A stretch of DNA of 64,000 nt from Octopus vulgaris. Its lineage: Eukaryota. Positions 25,590-36,576 of this stretch are shown here, piece by piece (the stretch's first letter is position 1; each line of letters opens with the position of its first letter). The translations under genes were made by a program, and so were the position numbers. The notes beneath the pieces were generated by a model. That model searched no databases, was not told the origin of the DNA, and saw only the letters and a list, made by a program, of their open reading frames with translations. Location: positions 136,338,001 to 136,402,000 of the forward strand of contig OX597815.1 of assembly GCA_951406725.2 (NCBI GenBank), in the 5' to 3' direction.

Positions 25590-26400
25590 TCTCTTCATTG
25601 ACTACAACTTTCGTATTTCCCACTTCAAATCGTCATAGTTGTTTATTTTTTCTTCTTCTTTCACATTGATCTTTTTGTCACCGGGGCATGCTATGTCGAT
25701 TACCATACATGTTCTTTCTTTTTTTATTCACCACAACAATGTGTGGTTTCCGATGTCTGCTTGAGTGATCAAACTGGATCATTGCATCCAACAGGATTTT
25801 GCCTTTTAACACGTGCCTTCACTGCACTACCGATATGTGTTGAGGTTTGCTGTGGTGCTGTTATTTTCACTGCATTGAAAGTGTTTTACGTAGGATGTGT
25901 GCTGTGCTAAGTAGTGCTATTTGCTGTATGTTATATATAAGTGTATATCCTACTGATTTTGTTATGTATTTGTCCGAATGTTCTTAGTTATACCTAGTGC
26001 ACCTACTATAATAGGAACTGTTTGTTTTTAGATTCCACATTCGAGTTACTTCTATTTCCAGACGTTTGTAATTTGAAAGTCTCTCCGTTTCTTTTAGAGA
26101 AAAGTTACCATCTGTTGGTATTGATACATCGATTAGAAAGCATTTTTCTTGGTGATCTCTGACAAATATACCCGGTCTATAGCACTGATTTCTCTCTCTC
26201 TCCTTCTATCTCACCCTCCCACTCTCTCTCTCTCTCTGTATTGGCATATCCCAGAGTACGGCTACCTTCTCATTTTCTCTGACCTTTTCTGGCGTATGCC
26301 TACACCATCTTTTGTCTGTTGTTCCATAGCTTTGGCATAGTTTACAATGTATATAGGTCCCAATTCTGTCGTGTCTGTAAATGTATTCCTTCTTAGCCAG
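25590..26400 (-). mobile_element. Two tandem decayed R4/Dong RLE-domain fragments
   Basis: ~25590-25830 gives RKPHIVV..TCMVIDIACPGD. ~25860-26400 gives RHDRIGTYIH, VLWDMPI, PIIVGALG and QIALLSTAH. Confidence 0.8.
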
Positions 26401-26404
26401 ATTA

Positions 26405-26456
<52 letters not shown>

Positions 26457-28215
26457 TTTTCTTTTTTTTTTCTTCTTTCAAATTTTCTTCTATTTCTTGC
26501 CGAGTGTCTTCCCGACTCCTAGGGCAAAGAAACTCATAGTGTATATTGGTAGGCCATTAAACCAAACTCAGAAGTTCGTTCATTTTTTTTTTTTTTTTTT
26601 AAAGTTAGATTAAAATACATGAGCAGCAACAGTTCTCACATCGACAATGCTCTTCTCAATACGTGTGATGTACCAGTTAAGACAATCTTTTGCACTTCTT
26701 GCAGGGATGGTAAGCCAGGGATCATTCTCATATAATTTTCGGTTCCCTTCTTGATCATTCCTAGTGCTCCTACGATCACTGGTATTGTAACCGCCTTGAG
26801 ATGCCACATTTTCTCAATTTCAATGAGTAGGTCTTTATATTTTCTGAGCTTGTCAAACTCTTTCGCTGAGATATTATGATCACAGGGGATGCTCATGTCG
26901 ATCAATAAGCAAACTTTATTGTTTTGGTCTTTCACAACAATATCTGGTTTATTGGCCTTGATGGTTCGGTCTGTATGTACTGGAAAGTCCCACAGAATGG
27001 TTACATTTTCTCCTTCAGTTACAGCCTCAGGGTGGTGATTATACCACTTGTCGGCAGTTTTGATATTGTAATGCCGACTTATTAGCCAGTGGAGATATTG
27101 GCCAACTCTGTCATGTCTTAATTTATACTCCACTGGTGCTAAGACTTTACATCCAGAGATTAGGTGGTCCACTGTTTCAATCATGTCGTTGCAGAATCGG
27201 CATTTTGGGTCTGCTCCATTTTTCATCACATTGGCCTGGTAGTTCCGGGTTAATAGGCTTTGGTCTTGAGCAGCCAGGATGAAACCTTCGCTCTCTGCTT
27301 TTAGCCCTGAGCTCCGCAGCCACTGATGGGTTTGCTTCTGGTCAACATCAGCTTGTTTGCTGCGGGTCACATATTTGCCGTGCAGTGGTTTCTCCTCCCA
27401 CCTATCAGCCAATTGCTCGTGCGCTTTTTTCATTGCCATCATTTTCACCTTCTTTGCAACAATAGTTGCCGTACTTCCCTCGGGTTGTTCAGTTTGGGTA
27501 TCCTGCACGAGATCAATAGCAAATTTGTTGCTTTCCTTGATGATAGAATGAAGCTTCTTTCGTCTCTCGTGATTTTCCACGAGCTTTAGCATCCAGTCAT
27601 TCGATATTTCGAGATATTTGGCCAGTCCAATTGTGGTTGTTTTGTAAGCTAGTTCAAATTGGATCAGGCCTCGACCTCCTTGGGCTCTGGGAAGGTAAAG
27701 GCGATCTACGTCTGCCTTTGGGTGGTGCATCCTATTACAACTCAGCAGCTTGCGTATTTTTCTATCTATATTCTTTACTTCACTCATATTCCAGTTCAAC
27801 ACATTGTAGCTATAAGTAACAAGTGGAACTGCTAAGGAATTTATAGCTAACACCTTGTTACGTGCATTTAGTTCAGATTTCAGGACTGCACGAACTCTCC
27901 TATAACATTCCTTCCTGATTTTCTCTTTCATGCTTGCATGCTGAATACCAGAGCCTTCATTTATCCCTAAATATTTGTATGTCTGTTCTTGCTCAAACTC
28001 TCTTATGACTGTGTCAACATCTAACACGACTGAATTTGTGGTCTTCACTTTCCCTTTCTGGAATGTGGCCTTGGCACACTTCTCAAGTCCAAACTCCATC
28101 CCGATGTCATCGCTGAATGCTTTCACGGTGCGCAATAGGCCTTCAAGTTCATTATTGTCTTTACCATAAAGTTTTAAGTCATCCATATAAAATAGATGGC
28201 TCATTTTTTTATTGG
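26457..28215 (-). mobile_element. Dong family B, 5'-truncated young copy
   Basis: 3' UTR at 26457-26635 plus an uninterrupted ORF. (ATT)n lies on both sides. Confidence 0.95.
26636..28204 (-). CDS. R4/Dong ORF C-terminal half (RT YMDD onward, CCHC zinc knuckle, restriction-like endonuclease), 522 aa
   Basis: HLFYMDDLKL, CRFCNDMIETVDHLISGC, RHDRV and KPDIVVKD..LID..K..KY. N-terminally truncated, so not autonomous. Confidence 0.9.
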   Translation of the reverse strand: MSHLFYMDDLKLYGKDNNELEGLLRTVKAFSDDIGMEFGLEKCAKATFQKGKVKTTNSVVLDVDTVIREFEQEQTYKYLGINEGSGIQHASMKEKIRKECYRRVRAVLKSELNARNKVLAINSLAVPLVTYSYNVLNWNMSEVKNIDRKIRKLLSCNRMHHPKADVDRLYLPRAQGGRGLIQFELAYKTTTIGLAKYLEISNDWMLKLVENHERRKKLHSIIKESNKFAIDLVQDTQTEQPEGSTATIVAKKVKMMAMKKAHEQLADRWEEKPLHGKYVTRSKQADVDQKQTHQWLRSSGLKAESEGFILAAQDQSLLTRNYQANVMKNGADPKCRFCNDMIETVDHLISGCKVLAPVEYKLRHDRVGQYLHWLISRHYNIKTADKWYNHHPEAVTEGENVTILWDFPVHTDRTIKANKPDIVVKDQNNKVCLLIDMSIPCDHNISAKEFDKLRKYKDLLIEIEKMWHLKAVTIPVIVGALGMIKKGTENYMRMIPGLPSLQEVQKIVLTGTSHVLRRALSM

Positions 28216-28216
28216 C

Positions 28217-28290
<74 letters not shown>

Positions 28291-28291
<1 letters not shown>

Positions 28292-28655
28292 CTCTTTATC
28301 ACAGGTTTTGATGGAGCTTGCTTGCGTAGCGGGCTTACTACCTGCATCCTATGGTACCATGATAATCATTCTTTTCAACTATCTAATACTTTCCTTATTA
28401 TTTTGGCCATACCAAGGAGCCAAACCTTTTGTAAAAGTTCTACTGAGTACTCTATTCTAATTTCCTTTACATTCCTCTTGATGCCTTCTGATACTATTCC
28501 CAAGGACCCAACAATAATTGGTACTATCTTCACCATCTTCATTTTCCATAGCCAAGCATTTTCGTACTTAAGAAAGTTGTATCTATCTATGTTTTCGTCT
28601 TCTTTCTTGACTAGTCGTGGGTTAAAGGGGCATGCAACATCAACTATATAGCATT
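28291..28655 (-). mobile_element. Further Dong-like family, 3' fragment
   Basis: IVDVACP, PIIVGSLG and QKVWLLGMAKIIRKVLD, then a short UTR and an (ATT)n tail. Confidence 0.8.
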
Positions 28656-29131
28656 ACAATTACTATGATTATCATTATTTGCTGGGAATGGTACAGTTTA
28701 GAGTTGTTGAATGAACCTTTATTTGCAAGAGAATTATCGACAGCTATTTGGAAATAGCAGACAAAATAAATAAGGATTTGGCAAAAACACTTATTATTCG
28801 AGTGTTATTCAAGTACTTAGGTCGATATTATCGATTGTTCGTTCTCCATAATTTCTAGTCTCCCGCTCATATAAGAAATCAATAATCGTTATGATAATAG
28901 CAGAATACATTAATATTATAAATATTCAACAACTGCATGATGCTAGTACATCAGTTTAGAGAATAAAGGGTGAAGACGTTCAATGGCTAGGAAAAACAAT
29001 GAGATGCTTTTCCCTTTAACTCAATCGTTTACTCACTGACTCTCTCTCTCTTTCTCCAAGTATACACACATACAGATATATATATATATATATGTATGTA
29101 TGTATACTCACGCACACACACACTCACGCAC

Positions 29132-29180
<49 letters not shown>

Positions 29181-29224
29181 CATACATACATATATATATA
29201 TATACATATATATAAATATATAAA

Positions 29225-29260
<36 letters not shown>

Positions 29261-29994
29261 TGTATGTATTTGGAGAGATAGATAGATAGACATGAACTCA
29301 GACAGATAGATACATAGATACACATACATTCCTAATACATACTTTTGTGAGGTACCTTATTATCGACTCACATTACAGTGACGTAATTTTGAACGAATAT
29401 TTAAACTTCAGCTGACACAACAATGATCACCAATGCTATTCATATAATGAGTTAAGACACTATATTAATAGTTAGAAATGTATCTCTATGAAATCTGAAA
29501 CCTTAAGTGATTTTCTAAATGACATCCTAAAAGCTAAAATTTGCTTTAAAATTATGTTATTTATCGTAAGTTGATGTAATTTTATTTAAAATAACAAATT
29601 AGATTTAAATTTTTATTTTGTGATTTTAGAAGATTTACATTTTAGTTCGGCAGGAAATTACCTAGTTCGGTAGAAATGAGATTTTGTGTTTTCTTTTTTT
29701 AATTTGATATGACATTCGATGGTTTATTTCATCTTTTCTCACTCATCATAGTTTTGAATCTTTGAAGATGTATTTTCGACGTAATCTTGCATCACTGGCG
29801 CTTTAAAAGTTCTATCAAATAGGTTTGAACAATAAACAGAATTTTAAAATATGCATTTTTTATAAAATCTCCCATGAAAAATGATATCACAAGAAAAAAG
29901 AAACGAAAACAATAAATGGGATTTTTTTTTTCATTAACGAAATAAAAAGGAACATTGTTAAACAAAACATTGAAAATGGCGCTGATGTACTCAC

Positions 29995-30021
29995 CAGCCA
30001 TGAAATTTTCAACAATGATAT
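29995..30021 (-). CDS. Candidate 27-nt microexon (NIIVENFMA)
   Basis: Acceptor atatttattttag and donor G|gtgagt. The exon is frame-preserving. Confidence 0.42.
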
Positions 30022-30375
30022 CTAAAATAAATATATTTTAAAGTAAAACCAAAACAGAAGAATATTGCCTGTGGGATATGTGATTTCTTTTTTCATTTTC
30101 TATCAATAAAGTAATTGAAATATGATAGAGATCACTAGGAAATTTATGGCCGCGTGAAATGGAAGTTTAGATGGCAAATATGCATTAACTGAATAGGAAT
30201 ATTCTTGAAATGTAGAAATATATGTATAGCGAATTTGAGTAAGTTCACATACGCACATTTTGTGAGCATGCATTCAGCCTATGTGAATAGTCCTTGTCTG
30301 TAAACTGTGGGCTTCTGAGCTGAAGGAACTCAAGGAAAGTTTAGATTGAATTCTATTGGATGTGGCGATACTTAC

Positions 30376-30386
30376 TTGTGTTCATC
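30376..30386 (-). CDS. Candidate 11-nt microexon (G ATG AAC ACA A)
   Basis: Strong acceptor cttctttttcaccctgtag and donor gtaagt. It joins in frame to 29995-30021. Confidence 0.35.
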
Positions 30387-30571
30387 CTACAGGGTGAAAA
30401 AGAAGGTACTAGCCACATATGTAAACATGTGGTAAGTGACATACACTGACTTATACCGAATTGCATGGTTTTATTTTGGTTTTTCATCTAGCGCGTATAA
30501 AAGGAAATAACTAAAATTACGTCATATGTAAACAAACATAAGTTTGTTTTTGAAGCGCTGAAATGTATTGT

Positions 30572-30720
30572 AGTACAAGTAGAAAGATATAATTTTCAAC
30601 GCGTAAGTACTCATAGAACAGCATATATAGGATGTGAGTTCGATTCTCATGGCTGGCTGCTATATATATGCTGATCTATCAGTACTTACGCGTTGAAAAA
30701 TATATCTTTCTACTTGTACT
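30572..30720. repeat. Near-perfect inverted repeat (~58-bp arms) with B-box-like loop
   Basis: AGTACAAGTAGAAAGATATA...CAGCATATATA pairs with TATATATGCTG...TATATCTTTCTACTTGTACT. Confidence 0.9.
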
Positions 30721-31242
30721 GAAATAACTAAAATAGTGAAACAGTTTTCGTGGATAAATTCTCAGTAAGTTCATTTACTCGCATTTGATAAAAATATATT
30801 CAGCCAGGCTACATAAATGGATGCCATATAAAATTCACAAGTCTTTCTCTGCAGGACTGTTCTGAGAACAGGATTAGTATCTCCTAGTTGCTACGGCTTC
30901 ATTAAATGTGTCTACGGTGTTGTATGCGTCGCTAGAAATGTTTTTCTATGCAAATAAAAGAAACCATCTCTAACCTTTATCCATGCATTCTTTCATACGA
31001 ATCTCTACGCTGTATTTTAACTATGTAGTACGAACTAGAATAACTAGTCAATCAGTTATCAAGTTGTTCCCGGCGAGTAGAAAGTTGGCTATACTTTAAT
31101 TAATAGGTCTATTTCTAAATCGCAGGTGAATTTATATGTCGAATGTGACATGTTCACAATTTATTCATACACACGTTGTCAATAATTGAATTGTGTATGT
31201 GTGTGTGCATGTGTGTGTGTGTGTGTGTGTGTTTGTGTGTGT

Positions 31243-32201
31243 AGATCTTTGTGGTCATTGTCAATGTATGTCGAAATCTTTGTAAAAGGTTTTTTATAGA
31301 TGTAATTTTTGACGCTGAATCCGAATTTATTCATTTAGTCCAGAAAAACTTTGCCAAAATGTTACAGGTGTTCAAAGTTTGATAATTTTCAGAATTTTCA
31401 ACCAAACAGAAAACAGCAAGTTCGCTGCCTCTTCCATTGTCTGTCACAGTAGCGAGAAATGTGTGTCGGTGGAGGAACGGCGTGTCAAGATATTAAACTA
31501 GCTACAGTAAACATTGTAAAACATTAAAAGATTTGCGAGCAAATTAAATATTTAAAAGCTATGAGCAAACCAACACGAGTTGCTAGAAATAACAGACAAA
31601 ACATTATGATAAACACGAGCAAAGTAAACAGTGAAATATTTTATACATTCGCGAAGAAATTAAATATCTAAAAGCTACGAGCAAACCCATAGGAGCTGCT
31701 AGATATAACAGTCAAAACATTGCTTAAACAGACATTTATTCGTTAAAAAACTCAAGAACGAAAGTTTGCAACACACTATAGGATTTGATAAAATAAACTA
31801 TCTTTCTCTTATCTCCTTCTCCACATAAATTCACAAAGATTAGAGTCAACAATGGAAAGGTGTGTCCCACCCCGGTGTTTGTTTCCACGATTTGAAGATG
31901 CCCAGGTAACCTCAATTTGTAGATTACACTTAATTTGGCGCGTACACTCACATGCGCATGCGCAGCATCTTTGGTTACTATGGAAACAGAATTCTTCGCA
32001 GTCAGAACTTCACGGTGATGTGTGAAATATTCACTTCTGGTTGGCTAAGATACCCAAATTTTGTAAAATTTAAAGACTAATAATAACTTTTTAATTATGA
32101 ATTTATAGGGAAAATTATTTTCATTTTCATAATTAGTACACAAAACAATTTGAAAAAAATCGGAACAAAACTGTAGACTGTGACGATAACCACAAAGACC
32201 C
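31243..32201. mobile_element. Non-autonomous TIR DNA transposon (superfamily uncertain, possibly Sola-like)
   Basis: The left end AGATCTTTGTGGTCATTGTCA matches the reverse complement of the right end, GGGTCTTTGTGGTTATCGTCA. An internal tandem duplication with a ~120-bp period lies at 31520-31725. Confidence 0.7.
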
Positions 32202-32234
<33 letters not shown>

Positions 32235-32244
32235 CAAATTGAAG

Positions 32245-32397
32245 AAATTGACCCCAGGATTTATTCTTTGTACGCCTAGTACGTATTTTATTGGTCGGTT
32301 TTGCCGAAACGCTAAGTTACGGTGACGTAAACACGCCAACATCGGTTGTCAATCGATGGGGGGGGGGCACAGACACACAAACACACACACATTACAA

Positions 32398-32451
<54 letters not shown>

Positions 32452-32604
32452 GACGGGCCTCTTTCACTTTACGTCGACTGAAACCACTCACAAGGCCTTG
32501 GTCGGCCCAAGGCTATAGTAGAAGACACTTGCCCAAGGTGCCACGCATTAGGATTGAACCAGGGTTGGTAAGCAAGCTACTTACCCACGCAATCACTCCT
32601 CTGC

Positions 32605-32607
<3 letters not shown>
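32245..32607 (-). mobile_element. tRNA-derived SINE (second family)
   Basis: CACAAGGCCTTGGTCGGCCCAAGGCTATAGTAGAAGACACTTGCCCAAGGTGCCACGC...; homologous to 22660-23025 and 40410-40785. Confidence 0.8.
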
Positions 32608-32651
<44 letters not shown>

Positions 32652-33419
32652 TGTCTGTATGTATATGTATATATGTGTGTGTATGTATATTTTTATGCGA
32701 GAGAGAGAGAGAGAGAGAGAGAAAGTGTGTGTGAGTGTGTAGACACTTGTATATGAATGCACGGATATATGTATAGAGAAATAGAAAAGAACTCGCAAAT
32801 ATTTAATTCGAGAGCAGCTATCAAGGCCTGTGGCGCTTAAACAGCATGAACTCATTCAACCTTTGCCCCTGTTTCTTTTTTTTTTTTTTTATTTGATAAG
32901 GAAAATACTCTTTATTCATTACCTTTACTCCCTCTCTCTTTCTGTGCCTTTCTCCTCTCGCTCCCTCTCTCTCTTTCTCTCAATCCTGATTTTTATATTT
33001 AATGACCCCCTCCCCGCTACTTTTAAGATTTGAAAAATTGTATCTATCATCATTCTCATAAATAATCTTAAAATTGGTTCCACAACTAAATAATCTAAGA
33101 TCAAAATACGTATATATGTGATTGGAATTTTATGGGTCTTTTATTCATTTTTATTACTGCAAAAATAAATGGACGACTCTACATTAAAACTATAATTATT
33201 GTTGCTGTGAAACAGCTAAGTATCAACCTTACCACAATATAAAATGGACGGACGTATGAAAACGGCGCTTGTAGAAAGAAAGATTCCAAGCATTTGTTCA
33301 CCATTATCAAGAGTAGATTTAATGATATCTGACGGCGATCGCTACGTAGTCTGTCGTCATGGTAATCAACAGATGAATAGTATAAACCAAGTGTATATTT
33401 CGCTTCCTTTAATAGATAG

Positions 33420-33950
33420 ATAAGCACAGAGTGCATTCCTGTTGCATCCAGAAACCCCAGAAATATGTCTTGTTTCAACATCAAACAAATTCTGTAAAGT
33501 TTTACATTCGCTAAGTGGCTTTCTATTCAAAATATCAAATGGTTCTATGCAGTATTTTCACGCTATCTTTAATTCTCTGTCATAAGATTCTCTGGGCAAA
33601 CTAAACATCTTTCTAATTTGGGAACAGTACATTTCTCAGCTTGTAGATACTCTCTTCAAAATTACAAATTACATAGATCTGTTAAAATGATGCAAATACA
33701 TATTCTTTTATTCGTTTCAGCCCTGTTTGCGGTCATGCTGGAGAATCACCCAGAATTTTTAAATTTTACATATCATTCTTCTTTGGCTGATTTTTTTCAA
33801 GGTGGTGGTATTTCATATTACTATCCTGTATGCGTGTTTCCCTTGGATGATGGCTCATAAGGAAGTCTGACACTGCTGCTCTCATCTGTATTGTGGAGAG
33901 GAGAATTCCAGTTCCTTTCTGAAGACATCCACGTTTATTTTGTGTAGGTT
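33420..33950 (-). mobile_element. Possible decayed DNA-transposase remnant (Sola2-like)
   Basis: Only LDATGMHSV, which resembles the GASGxHSVCVC motif. Heavily degraded. Confidence 0.25.
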
Positions 33951-34302
33951 ATTTAAGTTTTCTCACTGTGCAGTGAATAGCTGTGAGTCATTGAATTCCA
34001 AGGTATTGCAGTAGTTGATTTTTGACTTTAGATGGTGTAGTCGGTAACTTTGGTGCAAAACAAAGGTCCCCAGTTTGGGCATTATATATGTTTGTATGTG
34101 TATTACTATTTCTTCGTATATTATATATATATATATATATAAAATCAAAATAAGCAACAAGGATATCCTTGGATATCCTTTAGATATCCTTGTTGCTAAT
34201 GTTGATTGTAATCACTGCATTTTGAATTATCTGGATAATACCAAACTAAATTCTGGTGCCTTTAACTTAACTATCATATTCAAATGAATCTAAATTTTAT
34301 TG

Positions 34303-34364
<62 letters not shown>

Positions 34365-34408
34365 GTGTGTGTGTGTGCGTGTGTATGTATTTGTATCTAT
34401 ATAAAATA

Positions 34409-34657
34409 TTGGGTTGGTGCATAATTATTGCGGCGTTTTTTCAACAAATTTTATTAAACAAAAACAATAGCAATAGCAATATTTTTAAAAATCGTTTTTA
34501 AATAACGATCTGACCGTCTGCCAAGCAAATGGAAAGCAGTAATTGAAGTTGATAGTGAATACATTCCGGAATAATAATTTAAAGATGTTTTTGATACATG
34601 TTACTGTTTTTGCTGAATAAAATTTGTGAAAAAAAGCCGCAATAATTATGCACCAAC

Positions 34658-34661
<4 letters not shown>
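34409..34661. mobile_element. mariner-derived MITE
   Basis: TA|TTGGGTTGGTGCATAATTATTGCGG ... CCGCAATAATTATGCACCAACCCAA|TA. The internal DRLPSKWKAVIEVDSEYIPE* is a mariner transposase C-terminus. Confidence 0.92.
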
Positions 34662-34725
<64 letters not shown>

Positions 34726-35837
34726 CGACTGTGTGAGTGTGTGAGTGTGTGTGTGTCTGTGTGTGTGTCTGCGTGTCTGTGTGTGTTATATACATATATG
34801 TCATATATATAAATATGTATTCATGATATTATATATATAAATGCATCTTCATGGTATATATATATATATATATATATATTTAAAAACATACGCATGTATA
34901 TATATATATATATATATATATAATCAATAATAATAAAGGTGAAAATTAATTAATTAACTAGTAAACAATAATTTCACCAAGTATATATACACATAGAGAT
35001 ACACAAAGGAACTAGTATTTGAAAGGATAATGTGGAGGGAAGTAGGAGAAGCATTTGTGGTCAAGAGGGTGACAAAGATTTGCTTGAAATAGTGGTGTAG
35101 TAGTAAAAATTGCAAGTCTAAATGAAATGAGGAAGAATACTAGAATCTAAGAATTAAGGAGTGAATATTGATGTGCGTGAGCCTGTGTATGTAGGCACAT
35201 GTACTTGTAAGTATAAAAAGTGGGTGGGGAGGGGTGGAGGCAAGCAGGAAGAGAAATTAAATGGTATAAATAGTAAGGAACGGTAAAGATAGAAAGAAGA
35301 AATAATGCGTTATCGTGAATATAATGGGAATACACTCGTGGTTTAGTATTTAGTGAAGGTGAGGCTAAGTACGGGAGAATGTCTATGATGAGAGGGGAGA
35401 ATTTAAGGATACATACATACACAACAAAAACAAAATACAAATTACATGAACGTATATAAACAGAAGATACAAATATTACAGGCATCCGCCCACATACACA
35501 CACTAAATAAACATAGACGCACATAGAGATATAAGCATGCGCAAATGAAGACATACAATAGAAATACAAAATGGCTGACTGTTAGTAAGGAGAGACTCAA
35601 ATAAGAAAGAATACAAAGGACCACTCATGCGGTCACAGGAGTGTGACGAAAGAACTCTGGCCGAAATAAGATTAAGATTAATGTAAAAAATAAATAACAC
35701 TGAAGCAAAATAACACCAAATATATAGTGCGTGTGTTTTTATTGGCTAAACTCGCAATATGACCATTCCAAAATATAACAATATCTGTTTCAACACACGA
35801 CTTCACATGAAAAATCTTGCACAACAAATATTTAAAC

Positions 35838-35886
<49 letters not shown>

Positions 35887-35935
35887 TTAAAATTACTAAG
35901 TCTCTCTAAAAGAGATTACGGCAGCGTTACTGGAA

Positions 35936-36120
<185 letters not shown>

Positions 36121-36541
36121 CAAAGGATTGTCCAGCTATTTTCTTTTTAACTTGATGACTTTTTCAGCCTGTCAGAAAAGTTGCATGAAGAGATCCTTTA
36201 AGTTTGGAGTCAACCACTTTATATGAAATGAATTATTGATATACATCTCCATTCCCTTCACAATACAAAATGACCGCTATTAATTTACGAATTAAATAAC
36301 TACATATCCTCATTTCTCACTTTGCCTTTTTCCCAGATCACCGCCGTTAATATGGCTGCTAATAGACCAGTGAGTTATTTCCCTTGTGCTATTCTCAAAT
36401 TTTAAATCCCGAATTTACATTCTCGTATTCTATCAGATGTATTGTTTTTTAAAGTGCACTTGTTCTCGATTTTGCAGATCTATTATCATACTTCCTTTCT
36501 CTTGATATATTAGTTATTTGTTTATTTATTTGTCTATTTGT

Positions 36542-36576
<35 letters not shown>

